DNA of 64,000 bases from contig NW_003314438.1 of NCBI RefSeq assembly GCF_000143415.4, positions 62,001 through 126,000 of the forward strand, given 5' to 3'. Below the pieces are notes generated by a model. It had not been told where the DNA came from. It was given only the letters and a program-made list of their open reading frames with translations, and did not search any database. Positions 48,475-59,450 of this stretch are shown here, piece by piece (within the stretch, counting starts at the first letter, position 1; every line of letters starts with the position of its first letter). The stretch is from Selaginella moellendorffii (Eukaryota > Plantae > Lycopodiophyta). The position numbers were made by a program, and so were the translations under genes.

Positions 48475-48910
48475 AACAAGATCTTTGTCAGGCATTTTTG
48501 CAAAACATTAACTTGCACCGCATACTGACAAGCATTGTGACCCACAAGACTAGATTTTTTGCCAGCATTTTGTTAAAGATTTGTCTCTCTCCCTGCGATT
48601 GCCCTTTCATGGCAAATGCCAAAGGCATCGCGTTCCAGGCCACCATGTTGGGCTGCGGCATTGGGTCGAAGGTGGATTTGGCCTCTCTCAAGTAGCCTTT
48701 GCGGGAGTACGCGTGTAGCAGCAACACCCACGCGAACCTATCCTTGGCGGCAATTCGATCGAAGGGTGGTGGACACTCCCCACGTCGCCCAAACATTTCG
48801 ATGAGCTTGTTGGAGAGGAAGATATCGCTGCAATTCACAATGCCTGAGTGTAGATCCAGTGTTTGGACGCTCTGGACGAGCTCGAGGCATTTTCTACGAT
48901 CCCCATTCCG
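48475..48910 (-). pseudogene. 5' fragment of a third copy of the 42702-44240 PPR
   Basis: DRRKCLELVQSVQTL...LSNKLIEMFG...MPQPNMVAWNAM. Confidence 0.85.
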
Positions 48911-49119
48911 GACTTGGCATATTGTCTCAGTGAAGTCTAGCAATATTTTTGTGTGTATTACTCTGTTTTCTTACTGGAGTTCGTCTTACATTTTCCTTGA
49001 ATTCATGGGTGAAAACTTCAAGGTTTTGAGATTCCTATGATTACCGTATATGCACAGGAGGAGAAAACTTAAAACCTTGGAGATTTGTGACTGCTCGATC
49101 CAGGCCCAAACGGCATGTG

Positions 49120-49320
49120 GAGGAGAAGATCTTCGGCTATTCCGTGCGAGAAAAGAGATCGACGATACAGGTGTACTCGGGCAGCAAATTACAGCCATCC
49201 GTCATTCGCTGAATCCACGGCATCTCGTACGACCATGGCTGCAAGCAAAGAGAATGCTGTTAAACGCCACACGGTCCGGGGATATGCCTCGAGATCCATC
49301 CATTGCCAGATTCGCAATGT
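49120..49320 (-). pseudogene. PPR C-terminal (L2/S2) fragment
   Basis: ISPDRVAFNSILFACSHG. Confidence 0.65.
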
Positions 49321-49562
49321 GATTATCTAGGTTAGATTCTCTCTTTGTGCATTGTTTTTTGGTCTGGACCATACGTTTATTAAGGAGACGAGTTTTGGAG
49401 TATTTTTCCAAGCAGATCAATATGGAAGATGGACAGCGAACAATAGCTTCAAAAGTTTAGATTTAAATACTAGAAGCATGTTCACGTCTTCAAAATATCA
49501 TTTTCGTTGATTTTTCCAAATCTCCACGTCACCTTTCCATTATTTTTACTTTCCAAAGCTTT

Positions 49563-50969
49563 TCAATTTCCTAGATGTTTGTCGAGATTTCTTCTGGACG
49601 CCACTCGAGGAGGAGATCCCGCTGCTCGAGCTAAGGCTTGGTCTTTCGATTCTTCATCCGAATGCTGTGAAACGAGGACGATCTCCTTAAGATATGGCCA
49701 TTGGAAATCTGGAGGAAAAGAGTTTCCTGAGCACCACTGGAACTTCGCAAAGAGAGGCTTACCATTGTTGTCGTAGGATAGATAAACAAGAGCTCCTGGA
49801 ACTAAGCCAGAATCGTACATGGTAAGCTTGGGAGGTGTTGTGTCTGATGACAGAAAATTGGGTTTTGCTCTATGTTGGTTGCCAACGAGAGCAGTGGAGA
49901 ACCAATCAAGTTATCCATACTGAATATATCCTTGCAGAGAAATCACTTCAATCACACAACAACCATCTCCGGAAACTAGAATCAATTGAACTGAATCAAT
50001 TGTTCTTTGTGTTATAAATTTTCTAGCAAACTTCCAACCTCTGCCACAAACTAAATTTTTGCTAGATACTGAAACCAATTGATAACTTGCACAGAATATT
50101 ATTAAATTTCTAAATCGTTAAACCTTAGAAGAGACAGAGGACAAGAGCATTTTTATCTCAGTCAAATCCTGCTGGAGCTTCTCAAAATATCCCTTCACCA
50201 CTTCTTCCACCACCCTGCGAGTGGCTGGCTCATCCCGCTCCTGTTTACAATGCTACATAAGGTGACATTGACACACACATCTAAAACAGACAATCACCTT
50301 TTCCTCCAAAGCGTTTGCCACCCCGGGCTGGCGCGATCCCAATGCTTTGACCCCCGGAACGAGCCCCGGATACAAGCTCCAGTCGCGCTCAACTGGTTCA
50401 GCAGCGGTACCAACATCGATGATCTTGACGGCGGAATTTCCAGTTTGCTTGAACATGCCACAGATGGCTGGGCCAATCGTGCTACACAGATATTGGTTGT
50501 TGCAGTTGTACATGCTGTCGCAGCCCAGCTTCTCCACGCTCCCGTCTGCGAATCGTTCCCACCTGTAGAAGTGCATGTAATACCCGCACCGAAACAAAAG
50601 TCCGTAGCAGACATAAGGCCCGTCCGTTGCACCGAGTGCCTCGTCCAACGGATCTACGTGAGAATACAGCGAGACGCTGGAGATGACAGCGATGATCTCG
50701 CCCCTCTTGGCCACTCCCTCACGTTGCTGCTCAACACCGCTAAGAAAACAAATAAGGATTCTCTGAAAGCAAATCAGAGAGCTCACTCACCTGTACTCCC
50801 TGACTTTGGATAAGTAGCGCTCCAGAAATGTTCTTGGCTCCTTCTGGCTGTTAAGGTAAACGTCCTCGAGGCCCATTCCTTTGATGCTCCATTTCTCCTT
50901 CTCAACACCGCATCGCCGCCTCTTGACTATCTCATCGATATCTAGCAGCGCTACACGAACTGACCCCAT
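49563..50969 (-). CDS. Multi-exon gene or pseudogene of unknown function; 3' part contains a PUX1/UBX-like peptide
   Basis: ATG 50969. Exons approximately 50969-50791, 50739-50298 and 50222-50150 with GT-AG borders. TTPPKLTMYDSGLVPGALVYLSYD at ~49845-49770. Confidence 0.5.
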
Positions 50970-51541
50970 CCCTCACAAGCCCTTACCCTAGGATTTTGCG
51001 GACTCAAAATATTAAAAAAGCAATCGTGAGTCCAGAAGATATAATTGTGGTAAAATGCACACATATATTTTTCAATTTTTCAACTGCAGAAAAAATGAAA
51101 TATTTTTATGAAGATATGTTTAACCCAATGAGGTTTTGCACAAGCATTACCCCCCTTATCCGGATTGGCATGATCATTTAAACAACAATCCACACTGCAT
51201 TATAATGGGTATACAAGCATTATTATTTTAAGATTTTTTTCAGACTAAGAGTTACGCTAAAAATGTGTAAATATTGGGAAAAAAAATAATTGAAGTTATG
51301 TCAAAACCATTACATTTACATGAGAACAAGCTACAAGAAACATATAGGAATAAAGAAATGATTATTTGACTGAATTAATATCTTCTTTGCCTAGATCTAG
51401 AATTTGCATTTCAACTCAATTAACACTAGTGGTGGTATTACAATTTTATTGCAAAACTAAATTAGTAGATTACAAATCCAAGGTAAATGGTATAATGTAA
51501 GATATAACCCAAATGCATTTATTGTTAATATAATTGAGGTA

Positions 51542-51546
<5 letters not shown>

Positions 51547-51618
<72 letters not shown>
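51547..51618. repeat. (TA)n microsatellite
   Basis: About 36 perfect TA units. Confidence 0.97.
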
Positions 51619-51622
<4 letters not shown>

Positions 51623-52208
51623 TTAATGTTTGGAGAGATTATGACAAATGGAGTTTTATTCATAGAGCTATTATGAATTCTAATTTATATATAATGTCAA
51701 TAGTATTATTTTTTAATTCTTGTCCTCACACAACAATTACCCCTATCTAAGAGCTTTTAAATAAAATATAAAGTTTGGTTATCAAAAGATTATATTGGAG
51801 ATGTGAGGGCCAAGTGTACGGCTACGATGCCGTATACTAATATTAGCGTAGTGGATTTTGGTAGCCGTCGGATTGGTTTCAATCCGGACCACTCGCTCCT
51901 GTATATAAGCTAGGGTTTTTGGGTTAATTGATATGCACATTTCTATATTCCCTTTCCATATTCCATGCACTCACATTGGTGGAGGTGAGGGGCACCTTTG
52001 ATTGTCCCTGGGGAGTGCTTGGATGTGGGATTTCGGTTTAGATCTAGCTTTTGCATTGTCTAGATCTAGCTTTTTCCATTTCCTTTCTTTTGTTCTTTCC
52101 TTTCAGGATTTTGGTTTAGATCTAGCTTTTTGCATTGTCTAGATCTACCATTTCTTTCCAGCTTTTTGTCATTTCTCTTCTTTTGCTCTTTCTTTCTCAT
52201 TCATTTTC

Positions 52209-53141
52209 ATGGCCGATCCGCAATCTCCTCCTTTGACTCTAGAGCAGCAGTTGGTTCAATTGCTTGATGCTATGCGTCTGCAATTGAACAACCAAACTCA
52301 GTTGATGGCAGCGTTCATGGCACATGGTACAACTCCTCCTGCTTTTGGTGCCAATCCTCGCGTTCGGCTGGAGTTCTTTCGTGGGAATCCTGGGGATGAT
52401 GTGTACCATTGGTTCGATCACTTCACGGTGATTGCCACATATCATTCTTGGGATGATGCTCGACGTTTGCGTGAGTTCCCCACATGTCTTCAAGGGACGG
52501 CATTGCAGTGGTACAATGGATTGAGCGCAGCTACTCGTGGCGATTGGAGTGTTCTTCCGGACGTCTTCAAACGCGCCTTTGGACACGCCGACGATTGTGA
52601 TGATGCCTTCCAACAATTGCATCATCTTCGCCAAGGGCCATCTGAGTCGGTGATGCAATTTGGCGTTTGTTTCCGAAGTCTTTTGCTTCGTGCGGAGCCA
52701 AATATGTCGGAGCGGATCAAGCTAGGAATGCTGTGGCCAGCACTTCGTCAAGATCTTGTTGGACTTGTGCATGCACTTGCTCCTGCCACTCTTGACGATG
52801 CTCTTCGCTTGGCACAACGTTATGAGACGTCGCCTCTTCCACTTCTTGCTACACGTCCTTCAGCTCCACTTCCTATGAGTGATGGTCTTGTTCCCATGGA
52901 GGTTGATGCTGCTGCTACTCGAGTCCAAGGACAAGGGCGAGGACGTGGTCGTGGCCGTGACATTCGTTGCTGGGCGTGTGATGAAGTTGGTCATACTTAT
53001 CGGCGTTGTCGGCGCTTTCCGGATTGGCGACCTCCATTTCCTGGGTGGAGACCTTGGCGTCAGCAACGTCCCGTTGGTGCTGCTGCGGTGGAAGGTTTGG
53101 ATACCGAGATGCATTCGGGAAATGAGGAGTCGCGCGAGTAA
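52209..53141 (+). CDS. gag: Gag, 310 aa
   Basis: Capsid-like region (LQGTALQWY, LRQGPSESV), PMEVD motif and CCHC knuckle CWACDEVGHTYRRC. Confidence 0.92.
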   Translation: MADPQSPPLTLEQQLVQLLDAMRLQLNNQTQLMAAFMAHGTTPPAFGANPRVRLEFFRGNPGDDVYHWFDHFTVIATYHSWDDARRLREFPTCLQGTALQWYNGLSAATRGDWSVLPDVFKRAFGHADDCDDAFQQLHHLRQGPSESVMQFGVCFRSLLLRAEPNMSERIKLGMLWPALRQDLVGLVHALAPATLDDALRLAQRYETSPLPLLATRPSAPLPMSDGLVPMEVDAAATRVQGQGRGRGRGRDIRCWACDEVGHTYRRCRRFPDWRPPFPGWRPWRQQRPVGAAAVEGLDTEMHSGNEESRE

Positions 53142-56100
53142 TGGAGGGACCTTGCGCGAATAAGTTAGTGACCCCTCCATCTTTCTTTCGGGAGTTTCAT
53201 CAAGGGGTTCACTCGGCACCGGTTCATCCAGTGTTTACTTTCCAAGCTCGTTTTTATAACAAGAGGTCTCCTATTCTTCTCTCCGTGTTGGTTGATACAG
53301 GTTCGAGTTTATCTTCTATTGCTCGACCTGTTGCCACACGTTGTCGTCTACACTTGCGTCGTGCGGCGGATCCAGTTTTCATTCTTTATGGCAACGGCCG
53401 TACACATGCATGTGCACGAGATGAGGTGGACCTGGTTGTGCGTGTGGGCGATCTCGAGCTTGAGTTGCAGTTGTTGCGGGTGGTGCCGAGTCAAGCTTTT
53501 GACCTCATTCTTGGTATGGATTGGTTGCAGCACAATCATGCCAAGTGTGACTTTGAGGCTTTTCCCCCTTGTCTCATACTTCCTTATGTTTCATCCATTC
53601 CTCTTACTTCTGTACCTCTTCGTCCCTCTACTTCTACCTCTGCTTCCATTACTTTTGTTCCCCCATTATTTCCTCTTGTGTTTCCATCTTGTTCTGCTCT
53701 TCCCTTTTCCGATCCCTTCGATGATCTTTGTGTTGCAGCTGTTGACCAGCTCATGAAGGAGTATTCTGATCTCTTTGAATTTGACCTATCGTCTGGGGCC
53801 AAGATTGCCACACGTCATCCCATTCCAACCGGGGATGCTCGTCCAATCAAGGTTCCTGTTCGTCGTCGGTCACCCATGGAGATCAAGATTTTACGTGCAA
53901 ACGTCAAGGAGATGTTGGAGAAGGGTGTTATTCGGAAGTCGCGGAGTCCTTGGGCATGTGAACCTCATCTTGTGATGAAGCCTGATGGGAGTATTCGTTT
54001 CTGCATCGACTATCGTCCGTTAAATGAAGTGACGATCCCGGACGTGTACCCTCTTCCTCACACTGCTGATCTCTTGGATCGTCTGAGGCGAAGTCGTTGG
54101 TTCACCAAGCTAGATCTTGCTTCTGGGTATTGGCAAGTACCGATAGCTGAAGACGATATTCCTAAGACTGCTTTTCGTACACCATTTGGTTTGTACGAGT
54201 TTTTGGTGATGCCGTTTGGTTTGAACAATGCTCCAGCAACTTTTCAGCGAATGATGGACGAGGTTCTTTGCGATATGCCGGAGGTGACGGCTGACTTCAT
54301 TGATGATGTCTTGATCCACTCGGAGGGGACGTGGGAGGAGCATGTTCGTGATGTTTGTAAAGTGTTGGATCGGCTACGCGACGTTGGTTTAAAGCTAAAG
54401 CGGTCGAAGTGCGTGTTTGGGTCCAAGGACACAACTTATCTTGGGTACCGTATTTCTCGTGAGGGTTTGCAAGTTGATCCTGACAAACTTGTGGCTGTTC
54501 TAAAGTTCCCTACTCCGAAGTGTGTGAATGATGTGCAGCGCTTTTTGGGTAAGGTGCAGTATCTCGGTCGTTTTGTGGATCATCTTTCCGATCGCACTTT
54601 ACCATTGTGAGCATTGCTGAAGTCATCAACGTCATCTTTCATCTGGTCTCCCGATTGTGAGCGGGCGTTCGTGAATCTCAAAGAGCTATTGACAACTCCT
54701 CCGGTTTTGGCATATCCTGACTACACTCGACCTTTTATTTTGCGCGTGGATGCTTCTGACATTGGTCTTGGAGGTGTGTTGATGCAAGAGAGCTCGAGTG
54801 TGCCTGGTCAGCGCCATCCCATTGCATACATAAGCCGTACATTACAACCAGCGGAGATGAACTACTCCACGACGGAGAAGGAGTGTTTAGCAGCAGTCTG
54901 GGGTTTCGAGAAACTTCATGCCTATCTACATGGTTCTCGGACGTTACTTGAAGGTGACCATGCTGCGTTACTTCATTATTGAAGCGGAAGAACCTGGTTG
55001 GTCGTACGGCTCGATGGGCTTTGAAGCTTCAGATATATGATTTTGATGTTGTTCATCGCCCAGGGAGTTCTATGGCTGATGCTGATGCCCTTTCTCGAGC
55101 TCCTCTTCCTTCTCCACTCACTTCTCATGTTTCTGACGAACCTGTTGTTCCAGCATCTGTGGATTTTCTAGATGAGGATTCTGTGCCGTCGGCGGTTGTT
55201 GTCCTTGACGTTCAGTGTCCACAGGGCGTAGAGCAAGATCTACCTTCTCTGGATGAGGTTCGCGAGGCTCAAAAGATTGAGCCGTGGATTCGAAGGCTTC
55301 GAGATGGGTTTGAGAATCCTGCATCACTTGCTGATGACTTGCCTTTTCGGCATTTACATTCTCAATATCGCCTTGAAGATGGCCTTCTTTATTTTGTGGG
55401 GACGGATCCTGATGCTCATTTACGGCTGGTGGTGCCTTCGGTGTTTATTCCACGGTTTCTCCATGCCTACCATGATTCTCCTATTCTAGGTGGGCATATG
55501 GGACACCGTCGTGTCACCGAGAAGTTGCGCAGATCTTTCTATTGGCCAGAGATGCGACGTGATATTATCCGGTATGTGCGTAGCTGCGTTTGGTGCCAAG
55601 CTCGTAATACTCCCCCTTGTGCTGCGGAAGGACGGTTGGAGTCAATTGCAGTTTCTCGTCCGTTTGAGTTGGTGGCGTTTGATCTTATGGGACCTTTTCC
55701 GCGATCGACTGCTGGCAATGAGTATGTTATTATTGCTTCTGACTACTTGACTCGTTGGGTGGAAGTTGGTGCTCTTGCTAGTGCCTCTGCAACTGCTGTT
55801 GGATACTTCCTCCTCAATCGAGTGGTGTTCCAGCATTCTTGTCCAGAACGGATTCTTTCGGATAATGGTTCTGCATTTATGGCTGAGGTATTTCATGTTT
55901 TGACATCTCGGTTGGGGATACGCCACACTTTTACGAGTGCTTATCATCCACAATCAGACGGTCTGGTGGAACGGCTCGTTCAGACATTCAAAGGGATGAT
56001 TGCGAAGTATGTGAACTTTCAACATTCGGATTGGGATGGTTATTTGCCGTCTCTTCGGTATGCTTATGTCACAGGGGTGTAGAGTTCTGTTGGTGCTTCA

Positions 56101-56604
56101 CCATATAAACTTCTATATGGTCATGATCCAATATTACCAACAGAGCTAGGTTTACCTTCGCGATTGCCACGAGCTCCTGATGCTAGGTCATGGGATCAAT
56201 ATTTGACAAGCATTCTTCCACTTGTCCGAGCAGAGTCTGCTGAACACTTAGGCCGCGTACAAGTGGGACAACAACGGCGCTACAATTCCCATCATCGTCC
56301 ACCAGCGGAGTACAAAGTGGATGATTTGGTGTTAGTCCGTTTTCCCCATCTTACGGTACGTGGTTTATCTAAGGGGCTCCTTGCGCAGTGGAAAGGACCG
56401 TATCGGGTGTTGTGGCAAGTTGGACCACAAGTTTATGAGGTTCGGCATGACGTTCAGCAGGCCGATCCTCCAGAGATTGTGCATGTGCAGCGGTTAAAAC
56501 GCTTCATACAGAGGGATCAGGAGCAGTTAATACCGTCTATAGATCCACCGATGCCTCCTCCTGACGTTCCTCCAGATCCCGGCCCATCTACAAGAGAACC
56601 CTGA
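53141..56604 (+). pseudogene. pol: Pol (PR-RT-RNaseH-IN), disrupted
   Basis: LVDTGSS, FCIDYR..LN, MPFGLNNAP, FIDD, DASD and the HHCC/DDE integrase with GPY. Stops at 54608 and 56080, frameshift at ~54979. Confidence 0.92.
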
Positions 56605-57129
56605 CGGCCTTCCATTATTCCGAGAGGAGGGGATGATGTGAGGGCCAAGTGTACGGCTACGATGCCGTATACTAATATTAGCGTAGTGGATTTTGGTAGC
56701 CGTCGGATTGGTTTCAATCCGGACCACTCGCTCCTGTATATAAGCTAGGGTTTTTGGGTTAATTGATATGCACATTTCTGTATTCCCTTTCCATATTCCA
56801 TGCACTCACAGAGATATTTATAATAAATATATTAAAGGAAAGAATATGAAGAGAGAAGATTAAATATAATTGTAATTTACTAATTAATTAAGATATTTAC
56901 ATGTCATTTAACTATACAATAAAAGAAAATAAAATACTGTTAAACTTTTATAAAGCTTTATTTCCAGAGTGTAATTTTCATAAAATCAAATATGCAAATT
57001 ACACTAATATATTTTTATACTTTAATAAAAATAATAAATGATTATAAAATTTAAATCTTATTATTAAAATTAAATTAAATTTCTCAAAAAACTAGAAATA
57101 TTAAAATATAAGTAATAAAATATAAATAT

Positions 57130-57490
57130 TTAAGAAAAAGATCTATTAGGGTTCAAAGATAAAATAAATGGCTCAGAAATAAGAGTTTTAAGTGCACCTT
57201 ATTCTTAACTGGTTAATATTTTTTGGATATTAAGGTATAAGTGTCTTTAATTTTTAATAACACTAGCCTTGATCATTTGAGATGTTCAAATTATTGTTTT
57301 AAAGCTTCTATTTGATGGCTAGTGTAAATAATTTTTCAAGCACTTTGGATATACTTGGATGATTGGATAACATTATATATTTAGATTTGCATTTAGTAAA
57401 CTAATTTATTTTAGAGTATTAACAGAGTGCTTTTGGGAGAGCTATAGCTCATAACTTTCATTCATGAAACAGTGAATTTGCAAGGAACTA
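57130..57490 (+). mobile_element. Highly decayed Cassandra-like TRIM fragment
   Basis: Weak colinearity with the TRIM LTR (TGGTTAA...GGATATTAAGGTATAAGTGTCTTT) and interior (AGAGTG...GAGAGCTATAGCTC...GTGAA). Confidence 0.4.
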
Positions 57491-57709
57491 AATAAAATAG
57501 CTTTAAAAGATACCTATTAGGGTTAAAAAATATAGAGTATCAATAAATTTCATATTAAATATTATGTATATATGTATATTATTTAAAAAGAAAAGTATAG
57601 GGATTACTTTGAAAAGGAAAAATCCTTTCAAAAAAGATTTTTGAGGCTAGAATTCATTAGTTTTTTTAGTTATATTAAGATTTTATTAATAAAAGTTTTA
57701 AATAAATAT

Positions 57710-59450
57710 CCAGAAGATTGTAGCTATCATAAAAGAATCAAAATTATCAATTATACTTGTTCCAAGCTGTATAGTAATAAATAAATATTAATTGTTAAAT
57801 TGTTGAAACTAATCTAATAGCAATCAAAAGCCCATTATGTTGATAATAATATACAACATCATAGCTATACAATTGGACCTCACATCATCCCCTCCTCTCA
57901 GAAGGATGGAAGACAATTAATATTCTTGTATTGATAAGCTAAGATTTAAGAGAAAATCATGAGGTGGAATTAGTAAATCTATAGATAATGCAATTTATTT
58001 ATGAACCCTTTGTATGAAGCATTTCAATTGTTGCACATGCATAATTTCTAGAGGATTAGTTTGTTGAATGTTATACCAACTCTCATAAATTTACAATTCA
58101 ATTTGCTAGAACACTTAATATGATGTATCATAAGATTGGGAAAATAAACAAACACCAAAGCCCCCACTTTATACTCTATAGGAAAGTTGTAATACCATTG
58201 TTATCATACTTGTATAGAGCCCAAATGTTCAACAAATTTTATTTGAGCCAGTAGAAGAATGTTTGTAAAATATTGATTCAGAATCTAGCATTAACAACGT
58301 GGGTGGAAATTATGAAGGCAAACTCAACTTTAAAAACAATATAAAATTATAATAATATAAGAGTTTTTATGGTAAAACACTAATGTAACTCCCTTTGATA
58401 TATAGAAATAAGAAAAATATCAAATGACTATTTCAATTTGAATGTTGAATATTCATTTTGTGATCAACCCCTTGAAGGTCTATACAAACTATTCCACTAA
58501 ACCATTTATCTGTAGATGAGATGCACTTGCAAAAGAGTGTAATGTATCCTTAATCAAAATGTCAAAATATGAAATGCCTTAATTATAAACACAAAACCAT
58601 TATTTGAGAGAGTCTACTCCAAACATATCACATCTTTAATCAATATAAAAAGCTGTGCAACTTCTCAATTAAACAGTGATATCTCATATACACACTTAAA
58701 ATAGGAAAGTTATGGTAAATATATTGAATAAAGATTGAAGGCACCAATTGCAAGTGAGTATTAGGAATAGTTTTCACAAAGTAAAGAAAAGAACTGTTCT
58801 TAAGATGATATAAAAAATGTAAATGCTAAAACAACAAATCATTAATATGTAATAAAAAATTCTCAAAATCATCATGAAATTTTCAAATCTGTGACTTAAC
58901 CTTTTGAGTTTTATAAACCCTATCCATAAAAAGCAAATTTAGTTTTGCATCTTATAGATATTAAACATTAAGCACAACAACCATTGACATCATGAAATCC
59001 TTGTCTAGAAAGTCTAAAACTCATTGAGTGATGAATAATTTTGAAGCTATATATATCTAAAGCTTTAGGGACCATTTAGTAATATCATTAACTAAGTTCT
59101 TCTATTTCAATAATAAAGTGGTTGTAACATGATCACCCTTTAATAATGTTTGAGATGCAAGTACATACTAAGCTTCTTGAAACCTTAAATTACTAGAATA
59201 CATTCTTACTCTATCATGAAGTAATTCAGCTTTATTGATTATAATACACAATTGATATATGTAATGGCATGACATTGATTAGGCACACTTATGCTCTTTT
59301 GCATTAACACACTTTTAAAACCCTTTAAAACTAATATTAAAAGCATCCATGCATAACATGAAGGTTCAAGTGTATTTAGTATACATTTAAACTCGAGGAA
59401 TTATCAGCACTTCTTTAAAATTTGCAAATGCCTACTTGTAGTTCTCAAAT
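57710..59450 (-). mobile_element. Old, AT-eroded relative of the 51802-56810 gypsy element in inverted orientation
   Basis: 57873-57911 TTGGACCTCACATCATCCCCTCCTCTCAGAAGGATGGAA closely matches the reverse complement of the PPT/LTR junction at ~56610-56648. Integrase-colinear relics follow. Confidence 0.72.

Larger units (their letters stand above)
51802..56810 (+). mobile_element. Recent full-length Ty3/gypsy LTR retrotransposon (non-chromovirus, possibly Selgy-like)
   Basis: 174-bp LTRs 51802-51975 and 56637-56810 with one mismatch seen. 4-bp TSD GAGA, PBS TGGTGGAGGTGAGGGG (51977, tRNA-Ala-like), PPT GAGAGGAGGGGATGA (56622-56636), domain order gag-PR-RT-RH-IN. Confidence 0.95.
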
